Assembly: GCA_023128415.1 (NCBI GenBank)
Contig: JAGMEA010000011.1
Coordinates: forward strand, 1 to 60,178
Source of the DNA: Candidatus Babeliales bacterium
GTDB lineage: Bacteria > Babelota > Babeliae > Babelales > UBA12411
Direction: 5' to 3'
DNA length: 60,178 bases
In this document: piece after piece, positions 33,099-41,884 of the stretch
Layout of the letters: each line of letters starts with the position of its first letter
How positions within the stretch are numbered: the first letter of the stretch is position 1
Made by a program: the position numbers and the translations under genes
The notes under the pieces: model-generated
Database searches by the model: none
The model's input: only the letters and a program-made list of their open reading frames with translations
Told to the model about the DNA's origin: nothing

Positions 33099-33581
33099 TT
33101 ACCAAGCATAATGCGAAAAGGCTCTATTAGCCTCCGCCATTCTAATAACATCAACTTTTTTCTTAAAGGCATTGCCTCTTCCCTCTGCAGCATCCATAAG
33201 CTCAGCAGCTAAGCGCTTCCCCATAGTCTTATCGCCTCTGGAACTAGCAGCTTCTATCAACCAACGCATTGCTAAGGCTAAAGATCGCTCTGGACGAACT
33301 TCGACTGGAATCTGATAAACTCCGCCACCAACTCGTCTAGACTTAACCTCAACACTAGGACTAAGCTGGGTCATAGCTTTATCAAATAACTCATAAGCCC
33401 TTTTTTGATCGCCTTTTATTCTTTGCCCAACAACATCAAAAGCCTCATACACAATAGAACGAGAAATGCTTTTTTTCCCTTGTTCCATTAGACAATTAAT
33501 AAGCTTTTCAACAACAGGGCATTTAAATCTTAAATCTACGCCAACTTCTCTCTTTAAACCAACTTTTTTACGTCTTGGCAT
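33099..33581 (-). CDS. rpsG: 30S ribosomal protein S7
   Basis: SRRVGGGVYQIPVEV, MAEANRAF. Confidence 0.98.
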   Translation of the reverse strand: MPRRKKVGLKREVGVDLRFKCPVVEKLINCLMEQGKKSISRSIVYEAFDVVGQRIKGDQKRAYELFDKAMTQLSPSVEVKSRRVGGGVYQIPVEVRPERSLALAMRWLIEAASSRGDKTMGKRLAAELMDAAEGRGNAFKKKVDVIRMAEANRAFSHYAW

Positions 33582-33961
33582 TATTTAGCCCCCTTCTGTC
33601 TCTTTGCTCCGTATAGTGAGCGAGATTGCTTTCTTCCTTCTACTCCTGCTGCATCCAAAGTACCTCTAACCACGTGATACTTTACACCAGGACAATCTTT
33701 AACCTTGCCACCCCTAACCAATACAACAGAGTGTTCTTGTAAATTATGGCCTTCACCAGGAATGTAAGCAGTGATTTCTCTTCCCGTTGTTAGCTTTATA
33801 CGAGCTACTTTACGAAGAGCTGAGTTAGGTTTTTTAGGAGTTACTGTATAAACACGAACGCAAGTGCCTCTTCTTTGAGGACATTTATTTAAAGCTGGAG
33901 ATTTAGATTTTTCTCGAAGACTAACTCTTGGAGAACGTACTAACTGATTAACCGTAGGCAT
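33581..33961 (-). CDS. rpsL: 30S ribosomal protein S12
   Basis: [19 protein letters not shown]. Confidence 0.99.
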   Translation of the reverse strand: MPTVNQLVRSPRVSLREKSKSPALNKCPQRRGTCVRVYTVTPKKPNSALRKVARIKLTTGREITAYIPGEGHNLQEHSVVLVRGGKVKDCPGVKYHVVRGTLDAAGVEGRKQSRSLYGAKRQKGAK

Positions 33962-33993
33962 AAGCTTTAATTCCTAATTTTTAAAAAACAACT

Positions 33994-34074
33994 AAAAACG
34001 GCTCGAAGCCGTCTTTTTCTTAACTAATCTTCGATTTTTAGCTTTTAGCAAGAAAAGGAGTTTCGCTGAAAAGC
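33994..34074 (-). promoter_or_regulatory. Structured 5' leader of rpsL with terminator-like hairpin
   Basis: Hairpins GCTTTTcAGCGA..TTGCTAAAAGC (34074-34041) and ACGGCT-TCG-AGCCGT+TTTT (34012-33994). Confidence 0.4.
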
Positions 34075-34250
34075 AATAAAGTATGATTAATAATATATTT
34101 TTTGCTTTTTTTTTCAAGTGAAAATTATATATATAGGTATAATTCCTTTATTTTGCAGTAAAAAGCTCTTTAATCATTGCCGTTTGTCAAAAATTTCATT
34201 ACAATTCCTTAAAATTTGTTCAATACAAGCATTAAGAAGGATAACAGTTT

Positions 34251-34691
34251 ATGAAAAAATTTAATTTGGCTTTAATATTAGCTTTGGCAATGTGTTTTTC
34301 AAACACAGCCTTGCCCGTCGATGAATCTAAATCTGAACCATACTTTGTTTCAGAGAGGAAAGATCTAATAAAAGAAATTGAACACCTAGATAGTAAAATA
34401 TTGGAAAAAAGAAAAGAACTTGATACAGCGCTAAGAAAGGCAATCGAAGACTGGGTCGCTCTAATAGACGGAGAAGACCCTTATATAAAAAATTACGTTG
34501 AATTTGAATACGGAACAGATGATGAAGGCTTGCTTTTTGTCGCTAAGATAATTCGAAAAACGAAAAATCCACCGCATGAATACATAAGCGAAAGTATGGC
34601 AATCTTAACTAAAAACAATATTGCTGCTATAAGAGCAGAGTTGAAAATACTTAAAAATCAACAAAAAAGATGTTTAAAGCTGCTTTTTTAA
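34251..34691 (+). CDS. Hypothetical secreted protein (coiled-coil)
   Basis: MKKFNLALILALAMCFSNTA signal peptide; RBS AAGGA; downstream terminator. Confidence 0.75.
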   Translation: MKKFNLALILALAMCFSNTALPVDESKSEPYFVSERKDLIKEIEHLDSKILEKRKELDTALRKAIEDWVALIDGEDPYIKNYVEFEYGTDDEGLLFVAKIIRKTKNPPHEYISESMAILTKNNIAAIRAELKILKNQQKRCLKLLF

Positions 34692-34724
34692 TAAATTATC
34701 ATCTTAATAAATTTAAAGAATAGC

Positions 34725-34756
34725 AAGCCCCCAAACCGCGGGGGCTTTTTCTTTTT
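34725..34756 (+). terminator. Intrinsic terminator
   Basis: AAGCCCCC-aaaccgc-GGGGGCTT followed by a T-rich run. Confidence 0.8.
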
Positions 34757-34833
34757 CTCTCTTGCTAAAGCCTCAAAATTAACGTTATAATCTGAAAGTC
34801 TAAAAATTAACAAAGAAAATCTGAGGAGTTCCC

Positions 34834-35976
34834 ATGACCTTACTAGGAATCGGACAAGAATTTTTAACAAAATTATTACCTATAACATATGCAATAATAG
34901 GTTTTAGTCTCATAATTATAGTTCACGAATTCGGACATTTTTCCTTCTGTAAATTATTTAATATAGATACTCCGACCTTTTCTATAGGCTTTGGACCAGA
35001 AATAATAAGAAAAAAGATAGGTAAAACTGATTTTAGAATAGCAGCAATACCTTTAGGTGGGTATGTTGAGATCTCAGGTCTTGCTGAGCCAGGACAAGGT
35101 GATCAAACACTTGCAATCTCAAAAAACAGCACGTCTTTTGCAACTAAACCTTATTGGCAAAAATGTCTGGTTACATTAGGAGGAGTGAGCTTTAATATAA
35201 TTTTCGCCTATATTGCCCTAATCTTTTTATTCATGGTTGGAGCTCCAAAAACTGAAGTCCTTATCCAATCAACAGCTAAAAACTCTATAGCAGAAATAAG
35301 TGGATTTAAATCTGGAGATAAAATTTTAAAAATCGGAAATTATAACGTTGCAGAAAAACCTGAACTCCTAAATAATGCTATTCAAGGACTTCAAAATAAA
35401 AAGGGCGAAACGATAACGTTTATAATAATGCGTAACGATAATCAAAAAGAAATCACAATTAATATGCCAACAACTGAAATACGGCCAAAGCCAGGCCAAG
35501 GTAAAATGGGATTTGTTTTGGGATACAGACAGTCTGAGAAAAGAGAAAAATTTGGACTTATTGAATCAATAAAACGCGGATCAACTCTAGCTACCGCTTA
35601 TGTAGTTTTAACGCTTAAAGCCTTAAAATTAAGTTTTTCTAAAAGAACCCTCAAGGGAACTGGCGGACCTGTAATGATTTTGTCAGAAACAATAAAACAG
35701 GCAAAACATGGTTTTATATTATTGCTTGGATTTTTGGCAATTATTAGTATTGGAATAGGAATTTTTCAATTAATACCCATTCCTGCTCTAGATGGTGGCC
35801 AATTAATGTTTATTTCTATAGAAGCTTTGATTGGCAGAGAGATTCCGCTAAAAATTAAAGAAACATTGCATATGATATCGTTGCTATTGATTCTGGCATT
35901 GTTTCTCTATATTACTTACAGTGATATTTTGATGCTAATTAAAGGAAGCGCTGGAGCAACACCTCCAATTAAATAG
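34834..35976 (+). CDS. rseP: RIP metalloprotease RseP (M50, PDZ domain)
   Basis: HEFGH, FSIGFGP, IPLGGYV, PIPALDGG. Confidence 0.94.
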   Translation: MTLLGIGQEFLTKLLPITYAIIGFSLIIIVHEFGHFSFCKLFNIDTPTFSIGFGPEIIRKKIGKTDFRIAAIPLGGYVEISGLAEPGQGDQTLAISKNSTSFATKPYWQKCLVTLGGVSFNIIFAYIALIFLFMVGAPKTEVLIQSTAKNSIAEISGFKSGDKILKIGNYNVAEKPELLNNAIQGLQNKKGETITFIIMRNDNQKEITINMPTTEIRPKPGQGKMGFVLGYRQSEKREKFGLIESIKRGSTLATAYVVLTLKALKLSFSKRTLKGTGGPVMILSETIKQAKHGFILLLGFLAIISIGIGIFQLIPIPALDGGQLMFISIEALIGREIPLKIKETLHMISLLLILALFLYITYSDILMLIKGSAGATPPIK

Positions 35977-36844
35977 TAACCCACTTCTCAGGGGTTTTAA
36001 TGAAGGATTCTACTACTTGGCTATTGAAGCTATGCCCTGTCCTGGAAGCCTTAACTGTTCCAACCAAAGATTTACCTAATAAAGTTAAGTCTCCTAATAA
36101 ATCCAAAAGTTTGTGTCTAGTACACTCGTCTTCAAAGCGACGCTTGTTTACAAAGCCATCCTTAGTTATAACAACTGTATTATCTAGACTAGCTCCTTGA
36201 GCCAGACCATGTTTTTTTAGGAATGGCAACTCCTCTAGAAACCCAAATGTACGCGCAGGAGCAATTTCCTCCACAAATAAATTTTCAGATAAACAATATT
36301 TTAAAGAAGAAGCTGGAATATGGGGGCTGTTAAAATCAGCTCTATAATCAAGGTATAATTTTTTATCTAAGCCAGAACCATTTTGCTGCGCTGGAGTTAT
36401 ATACAAAGCCCTATTATGTTCCTCATCATGGAATGAAATTGGATCTTTTGGAGTTATAAATTGCTTAGCCGCAGTTTGTTCATCAAAACCTATTTCAAGT
36501 AATTCTTTTACAAAAGGCAATGAAGAACCATCTAATATGGGAAATTCGCTACCCTCAATTTCGACAATAATATTATCAATTCCTAGACCACCTATTGCAG
36601 CCATAACATGCTCTATGGTGCCAACAGTCCACCCATTACCATTATTTATAACAGTGGCATGCATTGCTCTTAATGGAACAACTTTTCCTATTTCAATTTT
36701 TTCATTCGGATCTGCTGCATTTTGTAGAATTATGCCAGAATTGGCAGGAGACGGTTTGAATCTTAAAATACCCCTTTTACCACTATGGACACCTATCCCT
36801 TCAAAGCGGGCGGACCTTTTTAAAGTCTTTTGTTTAATTAACAT
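35969..36844 (-). CDS. lpxC: UDP-3-O-acyl-N-acetylglucosamine deacetylase
   Basis: QKTLK, GIGVHSG, TIEHVMAA, APARTFGF, RHKLLDLLGDL. Confidence 0.96.
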   Translation of the reverse strand: MLIKQKTLKRSARFEGIGVHSGKRGILRFKPSPANSGIILQNAADPNEKIEIGKVVPLRAMHATVINNGNGWTVGTIEHVMAAIGGLGIDNIIVEIEGSEFPILDGSSLPFVKELLEIGFDEQTAAKQFITPKDPISFHDEEHNRALYITPAQQNGSGLDKKLYLDYRADFNSPHIPASSLKYCLSENLFVEEIAPARTFGFLEELPFLKKHGLAQGASLDNTVVITKDGFVNKRRFEDECTRHKLLDLLGDLTLLGKSLVGTVKASRTGHSFNSQVVESFIKTPEKWVTI

Positions 36845-36976
36845 GCGATATCAAAACCTTTTCTTCAAATTTTTTAAGTCCTTACAACCGAACTAAGAAA
36901 ATAAGTTTAATAAGCAAATAACTTTTTTTTCAATAAAAAAACGAGAAAATTACAGATTTCCTATTTGTTTCTTAAC

Positions 36977-37393
36977 CTAATTGCTAATCTGAGCTTTGTG
37001 AGGATGTTCCGCACCAAAGTACATTTTTAGCTTTCTTATAAGTTGACGGCTAAGTCGATTTTTAGGAAGCATACCTCTAACAGCATGTCTTAAAATGAAG
37101 GCTGGATCCTTACTTGAAATAGGGCGTTCTTTCAAACCACTCATCCAACCACTATATTCCATATAAACTTTTTGTTCCCATTTATCCCCAGTTAACTTGA
37201 TCTTGCTGCAATTAATAACCACAACATAGTCACCACCATCGGCATGAGGTGTGAATTCCGGCTTATTTTTACCTCTCAAAATATCTGAAATTTCTGTTGC
37301 CAAGCGACCCAAAACCTTGCCTGACGCATCTATCTGGCGCCATTTAGGTGTATATTGTTCTTTTTTCAACACAAAACTCTTATTCATATCCAT
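36977..37393 (-). CDS. rplM: 50S ribosomal protein L13 (start revised to about 37393 or 37387)
   Basis: LGRLAT, LRGKNKPEFTPHADGGD, VRGMLPKN, HPHKAQ. Confidence 0.97.
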   Translation of the reverse strand: MDMNKSFVLKKEQYTPKWRQIDASGKVLGRLATEISDILRGKNKPEFTPHADGGDYVVVINCSKIKLTGDKWEQKVYMEYSGWMSGLKERPISSKDPAFILRHAVRGMLPKNRLSRQLIRKLKMYFGAEHPHKAQISN

Positions 37394-37479
37394 AAATAAT
37401 AAAACCCCTGGTAAAATAGGAAAATCGCTCAAAAACTTATATATGTGAGATTTTAAAGTAAAATATACAGCTGGTCAAC

Positions 37480-39135
37480 TCAAGCATGCTCAAAACTTTT
37501 TATAAAAGCCTTAAAAAGAGGATGCGCTTCTAACGGCCTTGAAAGAAATTCTGGATGAAACTGTACCCCAATCATAAAAGGATGATCTTTAAGCTCTGCA
37601 ATTTCAACTAATTTTTTTTCTTCATATAGCCCTGAAAAAATGACTCCCGCCTTTTCAAATTGATCCCTATATTTATTATTTACCTCATAACGATGTCTAT
37701 GACGCTCACTGATTTCATCCTCCCCATAAGCCTTATGAGCCAACGTCCCTGGAATCAATTTACATGGGAATTTTCCTAAACGCATAGATGCACCTACCTG
37801 AGTAACATCTTTTTGTTCTTCAAGTAATGTTATTATGGCATTAGAAGCATCCGAATCAAACTCCATACTAGTAGCATCTGAAAGTTTTAATAAAAAACGT
37901 GCCGCCTCAATTAACATAACGTGAAGTCCTAAGCATAAACCTAAATACGGAATTTTGTTTTCCCTAGCATATTTAGCAGCAACAATCTTTCCTTCTATAC
38001 CCCTACTATCAAAACCACCTGGAACGATTATTCCTGAAACAGATTTTAATAATTTCAATGTTTCTACATCTCCAGATTCTAGTTTCTCAGCAGAAATAAT
38101 AACAATTTCGGGATCTTTTTCATTTGCCCAAGCAGCAGACTCTATAGCCTTAATAACACTGATATAGGGCTCAGATGTTCCAACATATTTAACTACTAAA
38201 CCCACTTTTGCTTTTGGTTTATCTTTTTCAATCAAGGTTATTAATTTTTCCCAAGCGCTAATGTCTGTATCTTTGACAGATTCCATTCCAAATTTATTTT
38301 GAATATTTTTTCCAACCTTTTGATTTTTCAGCTCTAAAAATAACTTATAAGTTGGCGATAATGTTGGAACCTGAAAAATTAACTTTTCATCTACTCCGCA
38401 CATTACTGAAACTTTTTTCACAGCACGTTCTGGAACATTTTTATCACTTCTTAAAAATAAACAATCTAGCGATATACCTGCCTTTTTAAGTAGCATAACA
38501 CTGTGTTGTGTCGGTTTAGTTTTAATCTCATTTGACCACTCTAAAAATGGCACATAACTCAAGTGACAATGAAGAAATCTTTTATCTCCTAAGCTAACTT
38601 TAAGCTGACGAGCAGCCTCTAAAAAAACTTCTCCCTCCATATCACCAACAGTCCCACCAATTTCAATGATTAAATAATCAACCTTAGTTTTAAGTGCAAA
38701 TTTTAGTGCACGCCGCTTTATAGCATCAACAACATGTGGAACTAATTGAATACACTTACCTAAAAAATCACCTGCTCGTTCCCCATCTAAAATTTCTTGA
38801 AAAATTTGTCCCGAGGAAACCGATGATTCTTTAGTTAGGTGTGTCTCCAAAGTCCTCTCATAATGCCCAAGATCTAAGTCTGTTTCCGCTCCATCATCTG
38901 TTACAAAAACTTCACCATGTACTAGGGGAGACATCGTACCCGGATCAACATTTAGATATGGGTCCATTTTTATAACAGAAACTTTTGCTCCTGTATTTTT
39001 TAACAAAACACCCAAAGATGAAGCCAAAACTCCTTTTCCAATTGATGAACACACTCCTCCCGTAACTACGATAAATTTTGTATTCTGCTCTTTTATTTGA
39101 TTAATCAATTCGTCTACATCGTTAATATTTATCAT
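37480..39135 (-). CDS. pyrG: CTP synthase
   Basis: VTGGVCSSIGKG, DPYLNVDPGTMSP, GLCLG, ERHRHRYE, QFHPE. Confidence 0.98.
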   Translation of the reverse strand: MININDVDELINQIKEQNTKFIVVTGGVCSSIGKGVLASSLGVLLKNTGAKVSVIKMDPYLNVDPGTMSPLVHGEVFVTDDGAETDLDLGHYERTLETHLTKESSVSSGQIFQEILDGERAGDFLGKCIQLVPHVVDAIKRRALKFALKTKVDYLIIEIGGTVGDMEGEVFLEAARQLKVSLGDKRFLHCHLSYVPFLEWSNEIKTKPTQHSVMLLKKAGISLDCLFLRSDKNVPERAVKKVSVMCGVDEKLIFQVPTLSPTYKLFLELKNQKVGKNIQNKFGMESVKDTDISAWEKLITLIEKDKPKAKVGLVVKYVGTSEPYISVIKAIESAAWANEKDPEIVIISAEKLESGDVETLKLLKSVSGIIVPGGFDSRGIEGKIVAAKYARENKIPYLGLCLGLHVMLIEAARFLLKLSDATSMEFDSDASNAIITLLEEQKDVTQVGASMRLGKFPCKLIPGTLAHKAYGEDEISERHRHRYEVNNKYRDQFEKAGVIFSGLYEEKKLVEIAELKDHPFMIGVQFHPEFLSRPLEAHPLFKAFIKSFEHA

Positions 39136-39144
39136 AATTATTCC

Positions 39145-40263
39145 TTAAGAAGATAATGACCAACACTTAATTGTTTCATCCCAAGAAGAGGTAAATAACC
39201 TTTTGCCTTCCAAATCAAATAGCGCAGAAGTAACAGAACCACTATGCCCACCAACTGTATAAATCTCTTTTCCCAAGCTAACATCCCAAACTTTTGCACA
39301 TCCATCCCATGACGCAGTTACAAAATTCTTTCCGGATGAATCAAATACACTTGTCCATACTGCCCCATCATGACCTGTTACAGTATAAATTAGCTCTCCC
39401 CTGTTAAAATCCCACATTGAAGTTGTTTCATCACTAGCACAACTCAATAACTTTTCTCCTTTTGAATCAAATTCCAAAGAATAAATAACGCTTGGAAATA
39501 TTGTTTCATTATCCCCGACATTAAATGATTTAATTAATTTAGGCTCGTCCAGCTCTAAAACATCCCAAGCTCTAATTACTCCATCCATTGAAGATGTGCA
39601 AACCCAATAATCCTTTTTAGGATGAAAAACCGATGAAAAAACCATATTTGCTTTTAAATTATGCTTTAATGAACAAATACATTTTTTCTTATTAAGATCC
39701 CAAACTTTAGCCGATCCATCAGCAGATGAAGATATAACTTTACTTCCCTGTGCATTGAATCGAGCATTAAAAATAGTTTGATCATGTCCTTCTAAACTAA
39801 ATTTGAGTTTTCCTTTCGGAACATCCCACAAGTTTATTTTATTATCATCTGAAACAGTTAATAAGGTACTTCCAGAAAAATCAAAACTCACATCCCAAAC
39901 TTCTCCAGAATGATTTAATGTATTAAGAATAGATCCTGTTTCTACGTCAATAATTTTTACCGTTCCATCTTTACTAGCTGTTGCCAACAAATTATCATTT
40001 GGATAAAAGCTCAAAGCAACTACATAATCTTTATGTAATTTAAATTCTCTTAATAAAGATACTCCTGAAGAAGATTCTACTATTGGAAACTCTCCCGTAA
40101 AAAAATCAAAAAAATGATTTCCATAGTGGGAAGAATAAAAATCATTGGTAAAAGATTTTGTCACGGGAAACACAAGATCACCATTTCTATGAACAGGAAA
40201 CTCTATCTGTGCATTTATATACAAAAAGCTAGTCAAAAATACTAACAACAATTTTAACGACAT
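39145..40263 (-). CDS. WD40-repeat protein with probable signal peptide (start revised to 40263)
   Basis: About 7 GH...WD repeats (e.g. GHDQTIF...AKVWD, GHDGAVW...AKVWD, GHSGSVT...IKCW); N-terminus MSLKLLLVFLTSFLYINA. Confidence 0.88.
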   Translation of the reverse strand: MSLKLLLVFLTSFLYINAQIEFPVHRNGDLVFPVTKSFTNDFYSSHYGNHFFDFFTGEFPIVESSSGVSLLREFKLHKDYVVALSFYPNDNLLATASKDGTVKIIDVETGSILNTLNHSGEVWDVSFDFSGSTLLTVSDDNKINLWDVPKGKLKFSLEGHDQTIFNARFNAQGSKVISSSADGSAKVWDLNKKKCICSLKHNLKANMVFSSVFHPKKDYWVCTSSMDGVIRAWDVLELDEPKLIKSFNVGDNETIFPSVIYSLEFDSKGEKLLSCASDETTSMWDFNRGELIYTVTGHDGAVWTSVFDSSGKNFVTASWDGCAKVWDVSLGKEIYTVGGHSGSVTSALFDLEGKRLFTSSWDETIKCWSLSS

Positions 40264-40267
40264 CAAA

Positions 40268-41563
40268 TTATCTTTCAGCCATAAGTGATTCAATTTCTTC
40301 TGTAGTTTTAGAAAGTTGACCACTCAAAGGTAAACATCCTCCATCAATAATTACATAATCGTCTTCTATTCTAATACCTATACTTTCTTCTGGAATATAA
40401 ATTCCAGGCTCAATAGTAATAACGTGTCCTTCCTCTAAGGGCAAACTAATATCACCAACATCATGAACATCTAATCCCAAAAAGTGTCCGATATTATGAA
40501 CAAAATATTTATCGTAACCTCCAGCTTTTTTTAAATATTCTATAGCTAAATGATGTAAGGATTTATCTGATTTTTCTGGATTGTTAAGATACATTCCTGG
40601 AGCAGCAATTGATTCAATATAACTTTGAGTATTTAACACAATGTCGTAAATCTCTTTCTGACGCGAAGTAAATTTACCACTCACCGGATAGGTCCGTGTT
40701 ATATCTGATGCATAATAGTTAAACTCAGAACCAATATCAACAACAACCAAATCTCCTTCTTTCAATTCTTTATTTCTATCGGTGTAATGTAATATCGTGC
40801 TATTTTTACCACTGGCAATGATACTAGGAAATGCTGGTCTTGATGCTCCTGTTACGGTAAAAATAGATTCTACCATCGCCTGAACTTCTCTTTCAGTCTT
40901 GCCGGGAAGAATAGTCGCCGCTGCCGCATTATGTGCAAGGGAAGTTATTTGTGCAGCCTTGTGCATACAATCAATTTCATAATCATCCTTACATTTTCTT
41001 AGTTCATGAACAATGTAACTACAATCATGTGTAGCCTTAGAAAGAGCTGGCAACTGAGAAGATAAATAATCAAAAGCATGCATTTGATAAATGTACCTAG
41101 GAGTAGTTTTATCTTTAAAAGTAAAAACTTGCGCCTCTGGGTTATGTAAAAATTGGCTTAAATCATTCAAAAGATTGAAATAGGTATTTTGACCGACAAA
41201 TGAATTTAAAGAATAACCTCTTTGAGGAAGCCCAAGATGTTTTATTTCATCAACTTGAATAATTCCAGCTGAAGTCTCATCGTGCTTAAGAGCACTTGTA
41301 ACCCACTGTTCACGTTTGCCAGAATAAACCGGCAAATACAAAACATCACTTCCGTCAAAATAACTTACTAAAACAGATCCTGGTTCTTTTACACCAGTCA
41401 AATAGTAAAAAGAACTTTCCTGTCGAAATAAATTTCTATCATCTTGTTCAAATCCAGCAAATACTATCAATGCCCCTTCAACAACTTCAGGATTTTCATC
41501 TCTCAAAATTTCTATCAAAGCATCTCTTCTATGACGATATATCGCATATTCAGAAGGATTCAT
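40268..41563 (-). CDS. pepP: Xaa-Pro aminopeptidase (M24B)
   Basis: FRQESSFYYLTG, YASDITRT, HFLGLDVHD, TIEPGIY, GIRIEDD. Confidence 0.95.
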   Translation of the reverse strand: MNPSEYAIYRHRRDALIEILRDENPEVVEGALIVFAGFEQDDRNLFRQESSFYYLTGVKEPGSVLVSYFDGSDVLYLPVYSGKREQWVTSALKHDETSAGIIQVDEIKHLGLPQRGYSLNSFVGQNTYFNLLNDLSQFLHNPEAQVFTFKDKTTPRYIYQMHAFDYLSSQLPALSKATHDCSYIVHELRKCKDDYEIDCMHKAAQITSLAHNAAAATILPGKTEREVQAMVESIFTVTGASRPAFPSIIASGKNSTILHYTDRNKELKEGDLVVVDIGSEFNYYASDITRTYPVSGKFTSRQKEIYDIVLNTQSYIESIAAPGMYLNNPEKSDKSLHHLAIEYLKKAGGYDKYFVHNIGHFLGLDVHDVGDISLPLEEGHVITIEPGIYIPEESIGIRIEDDYVIIDGGCLPLSGQLSKTTEEIESLMAER

Positions 41564-41657
41564 ATTTTACCTTTAAATTTAAAATTCTAATAACAAGCAT
41601 TGTAAACAAAATTGTTGCAAGTTGTCAGCTGATAATAAATATTTTATTTATAAGATA

Positions 41658-41876
41658 TTAATCTATTGCAGCCAAAAGCTCTTTCCAATCGTGCAAGGAA
41701 AGCCTCTTCATATTTTTGTCATGCAAAAGATTATTTGTAAGCAATTTATACATAAGATAAGGTGTTGCACATTCTTCACACTTTGTATGTCCACCAAATG
41801 AACAAAACCCTTGCTTGCCCCAAGTTTTTATACAAAAATCCAACTCTTCTTTTAACCTGTCTTTACTTATCATCAA
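41658..41876 (-). CDS. Small Cys-containing hypothetical protein
   Basis: C-x9-C-x7-CxxC pattern; RBS AGGAG; follows lptD. Confidence 0.6.
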   Translation of the reverse strand: MMISKDRLKEELDFCIKTWGKQGFCSFGGHTKCEECATPYLMYKLLTNNLLHDKNMKRLSLHDWKELLAAID

Positions 41877-41884
41877 TTCTCCTA

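Noticed and set aside
34183-34206. TTGTCAAAAAT match to the predicted guide of the 46376-46789 element
   Set aside because: Only 11 AT-rich nt, no adjacent TTTAG TAM, and the seed-proximal bases do not match
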